DNA of 32,000 bases from NCBI RefSeq assembly GCF_000018465.1, contig NC_010085.1, forward strand, positions 720,001 through 752,000, read 5' to 3'. This document shows positions 16,555 to 25,166 of this stretch, in pieces. Under the pieces are notes generated by a model. That model was not told the origin of the DNA. It did no database searches and saw only the letters and a list, made by a program, of their open reading frames with translations. A program made the translations under genes and the position numbers. Position 1 is the stretch's first letter. Each line of letters opens with the position of its first letter. Source of the DNA: Nitrosopumilus maritimus SCM1. GTDB lineage: Archaea; Thermoproteota; Nitrososphaeria; Nitrososphaerales; Nitrosopumilaceae.

Positions 16555-17892
16555 CTAATTTTTTGGAGGTTTTGCAAACTTGTTTTGGGGATTATTGTGA
16601 TAATCTACTGGAAGCATTGCATCTTTTTGTCTGCCTGTAAGAATTCCAACCACTGTGTCGTCTTTTTGTATTATTCCCTCACTCGTCAATTTCTTAACTC
16701 CAACCACTGATGCACCTGATGCCATCTCACAATCAAAACCGTTTAGTCCTACTACTGACATTCCATCAAGCATTTCAGAATCTGAAACAGTTGTTGCAAC
16801 ACCGTTTGTAAATTCAAGTGCGCGTAATCCTTTCAAAATATTTGCAGGTCTACCAATTTGAATTGCAGTAGCTTTGGTTTTTGGTCTAATTCCTTTTGAG
16901 TCTAAATCATCATAATATCTTGTAATTAATTCAGTATTGGGGTTTCCTTTATTCCATCTTAATTCCTCTCCTTCAAATTTACCATTATACAAATCAGATA
17001 ATGTACTTGCACCTTCAGAGTTTATCACTGCAATTCTTGGAATTTTTTTAATCCATCCCCATTCATATAGTTCCATCAATGCTTTTCCACAACTAGATGT
17101 GTTCCCTAATGCACCACCTGGATAAACAATCCAATCTGGAACTTCCCAATTCAAATATTCTAATGCTCTAAATGGTATGGTTTTTTGTCCTTCAATTCTA
17201 AATGGATTAACAGAATTTACAGTATACCCATCATGATTCTGTGCATCATCTAATGATTGTTTTAGAGCATCATCAAAATTTCCATCAATTTCTAAAATCT
17301 GAGCTCCAAACTGATACGCTTGGCTTAATTTTCCTGGAGCAATTTGTCCTGCGGGAATGTATACATCACAATTTATCCCTTCATTTGCTGCAAACATACC
17401 TGCAGATGCTGAAGTGTTTCCAGTAGATGCACAAACAATCTTTTTTGCACCTACCATTTTTGCATGAGTTACTGCAGTTGCCATGCCATTATCTTTGAAA
17501 GAACCACTTGGATTGTATCCTTCAGGCTGTAACCATAAATTATCATTTGAAATTCCTACAAGTTCTGAAGCCTTTGCCATATGGTAAGGCTTTGAGAGTC
17601 TTCCTTCTGCACCATCAAGTGAAACCAAATATTTTGAACACTCTTCAATGTTTTCAGTATCTATTTGACAAAAGTTTAGTAATTCTCTGAATCTCCAAAC
17701 TCCACTTTCATTGAATATGTTCCCTTGCGAGTTTCTTCTATTGTAAAAAACTTCTTTAAGATTTTCTGAGGGAGTATGTTTGTATTTTACATCAAGCAGA
17801 TGTCCTTTTTCACATTGAACATTTGTGCTCTCAATAGGGTATTCCATACCGCATTGTGGATCAATACACTTGAGATATGCGTCTCCCTGCAT
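16555..17892 (-). CDS. thrC: Threonine synthase with an N-terminal Cys-rich (zinc-ribbon-like) segment
   Basis: PLP-lysine motif NPSGSFKDNG, ASTGNTSAS, and a length of 445 aa. The N-terminus reads CIDPQCGMEYPIESTNVQCEKGH. Confidence 0.85.
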   Translation of the reverse strand: MQGDAYLKCIDPQCGMEYPIESTNVQCEKGHLLDVKYKHTPSENLKEVFYNRRNSQGNIFNESGVWRFRELLNFCQIDTENIEECSKYLVSLDGAEGRLSKPYHMAKASELVGISNDNLWLQPEGYNPSGSFKDNGMATAVTHAKMVGAKKIVCASTGNTSASAGMFAANEGINCDVYIPAGQIAPGKLSQAYQFGAQILEIDGNFDDALKQSLDDAQNHDGYTVNSVNPFRIEGQKTIPFRALEYLNWEVPDWIVYPGGALGNTSSCGKALMELYEWGWIKKIPRIAVINSEGASTLSDLYNGKFEGEELRWNKGNPNTELITRYYDDLDSKGIRPKTKATAIQIGRPANILKGLRALEFTNGVATTVSDSEMLDGMSVVGLNGFDCEMASGASVVGVKKLTSEGIIQKDDTVVGILTGRQKDAMLPVDYHNNPQNKFAKPPKN

Positions 17893-17982
17893 AATCCTTA
17901 CAAAAAATTATGATAATTTAAAGCAAAGGTACAATTTTACAAAGTTAAAGCTATTTTTCCTAAACTTTAGATTAGATGTATT

Positions 17983-18369
17983 TTGAAATTAACTGTGGTA
18001 ACATACATCGAATATCTAAAAAGCATACTATTGCAAATTCTTGAATCTTATGAGATACTAAAAGAAATTCAAGATAAACCCGGAGATCTAGACCTTATCA
18101 AAAAAGAATCACTCAAAATCAATGGATTTTTGAAGGTTGTCTCAAACAAAGTTGAGGACACAAAAATCCCTCACTCTGATTTCAAGCCTCTTAAATCAAA
18201 ATTCAAAAGTTATTTAGAAAATTATTTCTTTGAGCAAGAAATTGAGACAATGGCTCCTCTTTATCAAGATGATGTGCATAGAATAAAGAATATGAGATTA
18301 AAGATTTTAGAATCATTTGATGAGAACAAAATTATGACTGATATCAAGGAGTTTGTCGATAAGATTTGA
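17983..18369 (+). CDS. Hypothetical helical protein
   Basis: 128-aa ORF that needs a non-ATG start (TTG 17983 or in-frame GTG 17995). No recognisable motif. Confidence 0.4.
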   Translation: MKLTVVTYIEYLKSILLQILESYEILKEIQDKPGDLDLIKKESLKINGFLKVVSNKVEDTKIPHSDFKPLKSKFKSYLENYFFEQEIETMAPLYQDDVHRIKNMRLKILESFDENKIMTDIKEFVDKI

Positions 18370-18470
18370 GTGATAAAAAGTGCGTATTATGTGGTTGCAA
18401 AGATCATAAACTTTTTGGATGCAATAGGCACATGTCCAAAAAGTGTAGTTGTTTTAAAGAAGAAAACTAA
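18366..18470 (+). CDS. Possible 34-aa Cys-rich micro-protein
   Basis: Below the track cutoff. TTG 18366 gives (M)SDKKCVLCGCKDHKLFGCNRHMSKKCSCFKEEN, with 6 Cys and 2 His. It depends on a TTG start that overlaps the preceding stop, hence the low confidence. Confidence 0.25.
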   Translation: MSDKKCVLCGCKDHKLFGCNRHMSKKCSCFKEEN

Positions 18471-18480
18471 TTTTTAGAAA

Positions 18481-18597
18481 TTATTTTTGTTTAGGTCCAG
18501 ATCTTTCATGAAAATTTATGCAACATTTGCATTCTTTTTCAAGACATTCTGATTCAGAATGGTGCCCACATATGCCGCACTCGCAACTTCTAGCCAT
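18481..18597 (-). CDS. Possible 38-aa Cys/His-rich micro-protein (metallothionein- or zinc-knuckle-like)
   Basis: Below the track cutoff. ATG at 18597 gives MARSCECGICGHHSESECLEKECKCCINFHERSGPKQK, with 7 Cys and 3 His. It is convergent with 18366..18470, and the two stops are 10 nt apart. Confidence 0.4.
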   Translation of the reverse strand: MARSCECGICGHHSESECLEKECKCCINFHERSGPKQK

Positions 18598-18665
18598 GTT
18601 CTATATTGATATAATTGGAATATAATTTATCCTCCAAATTTTTATGAGTTTGAGGTCAAATGAGA

Positions 18666-18980
18666 TTATTTCTTAGATTTTGATTTTTTCTTAGACTCTT
18701 TTCCTTCTAATTCCTTCTCAATCTCTTCAGCCTTACTATCAACTGCTTTGATTACTTCTTGAATTAATCCGTCAAGATCACTATCTTCTACTTCCGGCTC
18801 TACTGTGGCTGCAATTTCATTAATTGTGTTTGAAATTTCTGCACTAACATCTTCAAAACTCTCAGGATCCTCATATGTTGAATTGTAGAGATTTTTGAGG
18901 TTATTTACATGTCCTACTACTTGATCCGTTATTACAATTTTGTAATCAGTTCCATTAACGTCGAATTCTTTTGAACTCAT
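18666..18980 (-). CDS. Acidic hypothetical protein with a Lys-rich tail
   Basis: 104 aa, Asp/Glu-rich, ending in KESKKKSKSKK. No recognised domain. Confidence 0.5.
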   Translation of the reverse strand: MSSKEFDVNGTDYKIVITDQVVGHVNNLKNLYNSTYEDPESFEDVSAEISNTINEIAATVEPEVEDSDLDGLIQEVIKAVDSKAEEIEKELEGKESKKKSKSKK

Positions 18981-19035
18981 AACATTTTTCGAAATCTTAT
19001 CTTTATAATGTTTTTCAGAGGAAAATGATGAACTA

Positions 19036-19842
19036 TTAGAATACTATGTAATCTAATGCTGAGGCATCACTGATTAATCTAGTATGTTTTGAACCTACTA
19101 CATACCCATTTTTGATGTCTTCTGCAGGGATCCATCTGTTTGTTGATGTATAATGTCTCTTTTCTTGCAATTCTCTTTCAATTGCTTCTACATCAAATTC
19201 TCCTTCTTCTACCTCTTGTGTTGCTAGATGTTTTATGGTTACAAGAATTTTAGTTACTTTTACTCTATCTCCAAATTTCCATTTCATTGGAGGGTTTTCA
19301 TCTGATACTTCTAACACTTTGATTTTCATTTGTTTATTTCCAAATGCATCATGGCTGATCAGAGTCTTTTCATCTGTAAATTCTTCAAAAGTAATTCTGG
19401 AATTTACTTCTTCATCAGATGCTGTTTCTAATAATGCTGCAGAATTAAATTCTGTTGATGGAGTTTCATCATAACTTGTTTTGATACTAATTTCAGGTAA
19501 TTGTGATTCTTCAGGTTCTGGAGTAGGTTCTACAACTGGTTCAGGTTCTGGAGTAGGTTCTACAACTGGTTCAGGTTCTGGAGTAGGTTCTACAACTGGT
19601 TCAGGTTCTGGAGTAGGTTCTACAACTGGTTCAGGTTCTGGAGTAGGTTCTACAACTGGTTCAGGTTCTGGAGTAGGTTCTACAACTGGTTCAGGTTCTG
19701 GAGTAGGTTCTACAACTGGTTCAGGTTCTGGAGTAGGTTCTACAACTGGTTCAGTAGGATTTTTAATTTGCTGAATCCTTTTTGCTTCCTTTTCCCATTG
19801 TAATTGGGCTTCTTCATCTTTGTTTACTTCAGACAATACCAT
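19036..19842 (-). CDS. Hypothetical protein with an 8-copy [10 protein letters not shown] linker
   Basis: 268 aa, comprising a short N-terminal helix, eight decapeptide repeats, then a roughly 160-aa C-terminal domain of unknown function. No signal peptide or TM segment. Confidence 0.6.
   Translation of the reverse strand: MVLSEVNKDEEAQLQWEKEAKRIQQIKNPTEPVVEPTPEPEPVVEPTPEPEPVVEPTPEPEPVVEPTPEPEPVVEPTPEPEPVVEPTPEPEPVVEPTPEPEPVVEPTPEPEESQLPEISIKTSYDETPSTEFNSAALLETASDEEVNSRITFEEFTDEKTLISHDAFGNKQMKIKVLEVSDENPPMKWKFGDRVKVTKILVTIKHLATQEVEEGEFDVEAIERELQEKRHYTSTNRWIPAEDIKNGYVVGSKHTRLISDASALDYIVF
19511..19750. repeat. Perfect tandem repeat, 8 x 30 bp (unit TCAGGTTCTGGAGTAGGTTCTACAACTGGT on + strand)
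   Basis: Units start at 19511, 19541, 19571, 19601, 19631, 19661, 19691 and 19721 and are identical at every base. A truncated ninth unit follows (19751 on). The repeat lies entirely inside CDS 19036..19842. Confidence 0.95.
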
Positions 19843-19894
19843 TGATTCTTGTTTATTCTTTAAAAACGATTTGAAGATTTTGTAAAAATTGGCA

Positions 19895-20443
19895 CTATTT
19901 GCGTTGTTTTGTTTTAAATGGCATTTTACATTCTTTTAGATTGATCTCTTTTCGCATCCCATCTACTTTTGCATATATTTTTCCATCATATGTGCAGACA
20001 CAATCAGTAATGTCTAATTTTTCATCCCAAATCTTGTAAAACTCTCTTAATTCTCGGCTTTCGTATTTTCCTATTCCCAATCTTTTCTTTGATAGAAATT
20101 TGAATGCCAATAACACCTTTCTTTTTTTGTAAATATCAAACGTCTTTGCCCACTCTAAACACCTTTCAATTTGATCATATGGTACTGGGAGTGAAGTGCT
20201 TGTTCCAGACTTTGCCTCAATAGTGAAAATGGCACTGTCTTCAGTGTTTACTGCCAATACATCAGGCAGTGCAATGCTGGGAGAACCTAATCGAAATGCC
20301 TTCCAGTTTGGAGTAGCGTTGAATCGTTTAACCAATGTATCTTCCCATTGATACCCACGCTGTCTGCGGGTTTTTGCAGCTTTTTGATTATTTGTTTTAG
20401 TTTTTTTAGATAACTTTGATATTGTTACTGTTCTTGAACGCAT
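19895..20443 (-). CDS. hjc: Hjc-type Holliday junction resolvase-like PD-(D/E)xK nuclease with basic N-terminal and Cys-containing C-terminal extensions
   Basis: The core [13 protein letters not shown]...[19 protein letters not shown]...FTIEAKSG...[11 protein letters not shown]...LLAFKF aligns by eye to the archaeal Hjc pattern (KG..ERELv..L...Gf.vvRsagS...DlvA...l.IEvK...l..f...fgg.p.lAvKf). The catalytic E/D/ExK positions are present. Confidence 0.6.
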   Translation of the reverse strand: MRSRTVTISKLSKKTKTNNQKAAKTRRQRGYQWEDTLVKRFNATPNWKAFRLGSPSIALPDVLAVNTEDSAIFTIEAKSGTSTSLPVPYDQIERCLEWAKTFDIYKKRKVLLAFKFLSKKRLGIGKYESRELREFYKIWDEKLDITDCVCTYDGKIYAKVDGMRKEINLKECKMPFKTKQRK

Positions 20444-20594
20444 ACTTTTTTTCCTCTTTTTTAGATATAGTAAGGTGGGTAATTACATAATACCCGTTAA
20501 ATTTCATTGAGTTGTTCGTTTCTTATTTGTGATAGAAACCAAATCTTGGATAAATTTGGTAAAACAATAATACTCTTGAGGAAAAACATCATTC

Positions 20595-20693
20595 ATGGCT
20601 AAAAAGAAACAGGAATTAAAACAACGCCAAAATCTTCAATGTCATTGGCATTGCCCATGTGAAGACTGCCGAAACGATGATGAATCATACTAA
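20595..20693 (+). CDS. Possible 32-aa micro-protein with a CHWHCPCEDC metal-binding knuckle
   Basis: Below the track cutoff. ATG 20595 gives MAKKKQELKQRQNLQCHWHCPCEDCRNDDESY. It lies in a 317-nt gap that is otherwise ORF-free. Confidence 0.35.
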   Translation: MAKKKQELKQRQNLQCHWHCPCEDCRNDDESY

Positions 20694-20760
20694 ATTTGAC
20701 AATTTCACTTTTGAAATTCGTTAACAGTTTATCTAAATATGACCTAATTTCAAATAATTT

Positions 20761-20955
20761 GTGTCTGAAATTATAATTGAAAAATTACTTGAACAACGAG
20801 ATTTTTACCTTAGCACACTCAAACAATTAGAATTTCAAAGAGTAATGGACCCAACAGAAAACGAACTAAAAGAAATTGAGAAATTACAAACAACTACTGT
20901 TGATCAATTAAAAAAAGTGGAACAAGAAATTGCATATCTTAATTCCCAAAAATAA
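20761..20955 (+). CDS. Small coiled-coil hypothetical protein
   Basis: 64 aa with a GTG start and heptad-like Leu/Glu/Lys composition. Confidence 0.35.
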   Translation: MSEIIIEKLLEQRDFYLSTLKQLEFQRVMDPTENELKEIEKLQTTTVDQLKKVEQEIAYLNSQK

Positions 20956-21000
20956 CATAAATTACAATGAGTTTATCAAACCCTTATTTTTACAAAATTC

Positions 21001-21828
21001 ATGTTTGATGAAATAGTTCAAAATTTAGTTTCAATAAAACAAGATTTTGCCAAAAATTATTCAGGAAATGCCCACATTCAGGAGGTTGTTCCTGCCTCAA
21101 ATTCTGAAAAATTCCCCCTTGATGAAGGTCATTTACAATCTATTCATAACTTTGCAGAAAAAAATCCAATATACCATGACTCTTTTGAAGAAAAAATTTT
21201 GGGCACTGATTGTGTAGTTTATGAAGGCGACATTAATGATTACTGGTTAAACAGTATCAAACATGGAACAAGTTGTCAGCCATTTTATCCAACATGGATG
21301 ATTTCTGCATATTTGATGACATTAATTGCAAAAAATTTGGGATATGAAGAACTAATTGACATTGGTTCAGGTGATGGACGTATTGCATTTTGTGGGAAAA
21401 TTTTAGGTTTTACAACACACAGTATTGAAATTGATGATGGTCTAGTGGAATTGCAAAAAATAATCTGCAATGATACAAAACAAAGCTTTGATCCTATATG
21501 TGACGATGCATTAGAGTTTGACTATTCTAAATTTCAGCTATCAAAACCAGTATTTTTCATTGGTGGATTGCCTCAAATGGGAGGAGATATGTTGGCAACA
21601 AGTATCATTGATAAAATAAATTCTATTGATCAACTCAAAAGTTCTACTGGGATAGTTTTTGCTGGAACTCATTCTAAAAGACAATTGTCTGGAAATTTGG
21701 CAAATGGTGGATGGAGTTCGTTAATTGAAAATCATAATTTGCAAGTAATTGAAACAGTTTCGCTTCCTACTGTTTGGACATTTGATCAAACTACTGAAAC
21801 CCCTTACATCTATACAAAATTCAACTAA
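21001..21828 (+). CDS. Putative class I SAM-dependent methyltransferase with a roughly 110-aa N-terminal extension
   Basis: Motif I-like ELIDIGSGDGRIA, an acidic residue ending beta-2 (HSIEID), and a motif III/IV-like CDDALEFD. There is no DPPY/NPPF-type DNA-methyltransferase motif. Confidence 0.5.
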   Translation: MFDEIVQNLVSIKQDFAKNYSGNAHIQEVVPASNSEKFPLDEGHLQSIHNFAEKNPIYHDSFEEKILGTDCVVYEGDINDYWLNSIKHGTSCQPFYPTWMISAYLMTLIAKNLGYEELIDIGSGDGRIAFCGKILGFTTHSIEIDDGLVELQKIICNDTKQSFDPICDDALEFDYSKFQLSKPVFFIGGLPQMGGDMLATSIIDKINSIDQLKSSTGIVFAGTHSKRQLSGNLANGGWSSLIENHNLQVIETVSLPTVWTFDQTTETPYIYTKFN

Positions 21829-22129
21829 CTTCGAAAAAATAATTCCCTTCATTCATCCCACATTTTGAAATTTTTACAATTTGATCAATTTCAGGTTCTT
21901 TAGACATTTTTGCCATGATTCTAAAAGAATCTTCTATCTCTACAATGCAAAAATAATCTTCGTTTTGCTTTGAAAATTCAATGATTTTACCTTGGAAATC
22001 TCCTTTTTTGAGGGATGTTTTACCCATACAAGTGTCACAAAATTCTATTGGTGGCCACACTATTTTTTTGCAAATAGTGCATTCTGGGATTGAAAAATTC
22101 CCTTTAGAAATCTCTTCTTCAAAAATCAC
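21821..22129 (-). CDS. DUF35-type zinc-ribbon/OB-fold protein (thiolase partner)
   Basis: CTICKKIVWPPIEFCDTC (CxxC...CxxC) followed by a short beta-rich segment. The start overlaps the thiolase stop by 4 nt. Confidence 0.7.
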   Translation of the reverse strand: MIFEEEISKGNFSIPECTICKKIVWPPIEFCDTCMGKTSLKKGDFQGKIIEFSKQNEDYFCIVEIEDSFRIMAKMSKEPEIDQIVKISKCGMNEGNYFFEVS

Positions 22130-23241
22130 TTTTCTAACACCAAAATAGTTGAAGATGTTGCTGCTGCAGACATGTTGTGAACTAGACCAACATTTGCATT
22201 TTCAACTTGTCTTTTTTCTGCATTATTTTGCAGTTGTTGCATAATCTCGATAGTTTGTGCAATACCTGTTGCACCTAAAGGATGTCCACAACCAATCAGT
22301 CCTCCTCTTGGATTAATCTTGAGGTTTTTTGTTTCATAAAGTTCTTTTACAATGGTTGTACCTTTTCCAGGATTTGCCATACCAATTGCTTCTAATGCCA
22401 TTGGTTCACATACTGAAAATGCATCATGAACTTCTGCCACATCAATGTCTTTAATTTTTCTCTTTGCCATGTTTAGTGCTGTTTGTGTTGCATGTTTTGT
22501 AGATTCCATTGAATTGAATGATTCATTTTTTGTAAATCCTGCTGAAATTGTTTTTTGACCTACTCCGGTAATCCATATTGGTTGATCAGTAATTTTTTTC
22601 ATCATGTTTTCTGATGCTAAAATAATTGATGCACTTCCCGTACATGATCTCGAACAATCAAGTAATCTAAGATCATCAGTAATTTTTTTAGAATCTATTA
22701 CATCTTGAACTGAATATGTTTTTTTAGAGAGAGCATTTGGATTGTTTTGAGCTTGACTGTGATTCTTTACTGAAACTATTGCTAACTGTTCATCAGTAAC
22801 TGAGAATTTTCGTTTGTATGAACTCGTAAAAATTGATGCCCAAAATATTGGATGTTTAAACTCTCCACGTGAATTGTCCCATTCTAAAATTTGGCCTGGA
22901 CTATCATATCTTTCAGCACCACTTACTAGCACCATATCTGCCAGACCTGCTGCTATGTACGAATAGGCTGAAACAATCGAATTTGTGCCTGAATTACACA
23001 GATTTTCTATAGAATGTGCCGTTTTTGGTTGAATTCCTATGGCCTCTGACAATATAGGTGCAAGATATTTTGAGTTGTTGTTAGTTGAAACCAAAACTGC
23101 ATCAATATCATTTTTTTTGATTTTGGGATTATTTTCAATCAAATTTTTTGTTGATTCAAAAAGTGCAGATTCTATTTTTTTATCATCTTTGGTAAATGGT
23201 GTAATTCCATATGCTGCAATACCTACTTTGTTCATACTCAT
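22126..23241 (-). CDS. Thiolase (acetyl-CoA C-acetyltransferase / SCP-x-type, archaeal form)
   Basis: Active-site Cys region IENLCNSGTNS and C-terminal GCGHPLGATG. 371 aa, with 4-nt overlaps to both neighbours. Confidence 0.8.
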   Translation of the reverse strand: MSMNKVGIAAYGITPFTKDDKKIESALFESTKNLIENNPKIKKNDIDAVLVSTNNNSKYLAPILSEAIGIQPKTAHSIENLCNSGTNSIVSAYSYIAAGLADMVLVSGAERYDSPGQILEWDNSRGEFKHPIFWASIFTSSYKRKFSVTDEQLAIVSVKNHSQAQNNPNALSKKTYSVQDVIDSKKITDDLRLLDCSRSCTGSASIILASENMMKKITDQPIWITGVGQKTISAGFTKNESFNSMESTKHATQTALNMAKRKIKDIDVAEVHDAFSVCEPMALEAIGMANPGKGTTIVKELYETKNLKINPRGGLIGCGHPLGATGIAQTIEIMQQLQNNAEKRQVENANVGLVHNMSAAATSSTILVLEK

Positions 23242-24203
23242 TCATCCAAAAATGTTTTTTGTAATAATCTAAACGATTCCATTGTGTCACCTACTGGATT
23301 GAATTGTATTATTGGCAAATCAATTCCTGTTTGTCTGAAAACATCAAGTTGTTTTTTACATTCTTCAGGAGTTCCTGATATTGTAAGTTCTTTTAACATT
23401 GAATCTGGGACTAGTTCATGATTTGATGAAAATCCTGATTTTTTAAATTCTTCAAATATGTTTGATGTTTCTTTTTCAAATCCATTTTTTGCCAAAAATT
23501 CTCTATAGATTTTACCAACGGAAACGTAGAATGCTAATGTCTTTTTTGCACGTTCTATTGCTTCTTCTGCGTTATTTGATACGCATGTAATTATTTGACA
23601 TGTGACGTCTATCTTTCTTTTTGATTGCATTTTTTGAATCGTTTCTTTCATTTCATTTTTAGGTCTAAGATAAAAAATCACACCATCTCCAAGATCCCAT
23701 GTTAAATTTACCATTTTTTCATTAACTGCTGCAATGTATATTGGAATTGATTCTCTTTGTGGTTTGATCAATAATGTAAAATTTTTCAAATTGAAAATTT
23801 TTCCTGAATAGTTTATTGGTTTTCCAGATGTTATCATCTTGATTATCTCAACATATTCTTTCATTCTTTGCAAAGGCTTTTCAAAATTATATCCGTGAAA
23901 AGTCTCTACGATTGGCAAACTACTAGTTCCGAGACCTAGAATTACCCTTCCTTTAGATATTGTATCTACTGTGACTGCCCCCATTGCAATTGCTGCAGGA
24001 CTACGAGAATAGATGTTGATGATTGATGAGCCTATTTTTTGAGTAGAAGTTTTGCTTGATACTGCGCTTAACATTGAAAAATTCTCCATACCCCATGTTT
24101 CAGGCATCCAGATTGCGTCTGCAGTGGTTTTAGATATAATTTCGGCACAATTTAGAACCTCATTTACGGATAACATTGAGCCTAGACTACATGCAATACG
24201 CAT
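23238..24203 (-). CDS. Luciferase-like monooxygenase family (probable F420- or flavin-dependent) oxidoreductase
   Basis: TIM-barrel LLM pattern: DAIWMPETWG, KGRVILGLGTS, IPIYIAAV and a C-terminal GTPEECKKQL. Confidence 0.7.
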   Translation of the reverse strand: MRIACSLGSMLSVNEVLNCAEIISKTTADAIWMPETWGMENFSMLSAVSSKTSTQKIGSSIINIYSRSPAAIAMGAVTVDTISKGRVILGLGTSSLPIVETFHGYNFEKPLQRMKEYVEIIKMITSGKPINYSGKIFNLKNFTLLIKPQRESIPIYIAAVNEKMVNLTWDLGDGVIFYLRPKNEMKETIQKMQSKRKIDVTCQIITCVSNNAEEAIERAKKTLAFYVSVGKIYREFLAKNGFEKETSNIFEEFKKSGFSSNHELVPDSMLKELTISGTPEECKKQLDVFRQTGIDLPIIQFNPVGDTMESFRLLQKTFLDE

Positions 24204-24302
24204 GAATTACCTAATGCAGATTGGATATTCTAGTGTTCTGTTTTAGCATTGGGTTAATTTTGATTGAGGTGCCGTATTATTCGAAAATCTATACACTATG
24301 AA

Positions 24303-24452
24303 ATGTTGAGCGAACAAACATTTGCACAAATCTCATCCAAAGAATCTACTTTTTGGAATGATGCTACCAAATATGCTTCAGCTAGCAAAGATGAACCCTT
24401 TGTTGAAGAAGTTGCATACATGATGGTAACTCTTCATAGAACTGGCGCATAA
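24303..24452 (+). CDS. Possible 49-aa hypothetical protein
   Basis: The ATG-started portion of track ORF 24264..24452 (MLSEQTFAQISSKEST...). It is the only ORF in a 258-nt gap, with no motif support. Confidence 0.25.
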   Translation: MLSEQTFAQISSKESTFWNDATKYASASKDEPFVEEVAYMMVTLHRTGA

Positions 24453-24461
24453 GCCAAAAAT

Positions 24462-25130
24462 CTATTTTATTATTTTCTCTATTTCTAATGCGCATTCTTC
24501 CATATCTTTGAATGAATCTACAGAATACCATTTTGTATTTTTGAATTTAACAGTGTTCAGAGTACCTTTTTTTGCATATTTTGGGAAAACTGTTTTTTCA
24601 ATGTCTCCTTTATCAGGGAGTTCTTTTAGAACTGTTTTTTCTAGATGATAAATTCCTGCATTCATCCATGTGTCTGAAATTTCTTTTTTCTCTCTAAAAT
24701 TTAGGATCTTATCATCATCAGTTTCCAATATGCCATATTTTGTTCTTAATTCAATTGCTGCAATTGCATTTTTCTTTTTTTGTAATTTTTTTAAATCAAT
24801 GTTTGTAATTGTATCTCCATTTAACACAAAAAATGATTTTTCATTGATCATCTTTCCTGCTTTTTTTATGGCTCCACCAGTACCTAGTGGTGTCTTTTCA
24901 ATAGAGAATTTTATTTTGATTCCAATATCTTTCATGTTCAAGTGATTCTCAATCATCTCTGTTTTGTAACCTGTGCAAATAATGACTTCTTTAATTCCAA
25001 ATTTTTTGAGATACCTGATTTGCCATTCTATTATTGGAATATTCTTTATTGGAACAAGTGGTTTTGGGACATAATCTGTTACAGGTTTTAGTCGCTTTCC
25101 ACGACCTCCAGCTAAAATAATTGCTTTCAA
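24462..25130 (-). CDS. Sugar-1-phosphate nucleotidyltransferase (NTP_transferase family)
   Basis: N-terminal signature MKAIILAGGRGKRLKPVTDYVPKPLVPI and GTGGAIKKA. 222 aa. Confidence 0.8.
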   Translation of the reverse strand: MKAIILAGGRGKRLKPVTDYVPKPLVPIKNIPIIEWQIRYLKKFGIKEVIICTGYKTEMIENHLNMKDIGIKIKFSIEKTPLGTGGAIKKAGKMINEKSFFVLNGDTITNIDLKKLQKKKNAIAAIELRTKYGILETDDDKILNFREKKEISDTWMNAGIYHLEKTVLKELPDKGDIEKTVFPKYAKKGTLNTVKFKNTKWYSVDSFKDMEECALEIEKIIK

Positions 25131-25166
25131 TAAATTTGTCTAATTTTTAGAGTATATCAAAATTTT

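Noticed and set aside
19511-19750. Possible CRISPR array, given 30-bp perfect repeats
   Set aside because: The units are directly contiguous with no spacers. They lie in frame inside a long ORF, and no cas genes or leader are nearby. This is a coding tandem repeat, not a CRISPR array.
19481-19774. 97-aa + strand ORF encoding [10 protein letters not shown] repeats
   Set aside because: It is the antisense reading of the 30-bp tandem repeat inside the longer minus-strand CDS 19036..19842. It stays open only because of the repeat composition and has no independent start context.
19895-21828. Hjc-like PD-(D/E)xK nuclease plus nearby methyltransferase as a restriction-modification pair
   Set aside because: The methyltransferase lacks DNA-MTase catalytic motifs (no DPPY/NPPF/SPPY or PCQ). 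The nuclease aligns specifically to the Hjc resolvase pattern. The genes are 550 bp apart and divergent, with other ORFs between them.
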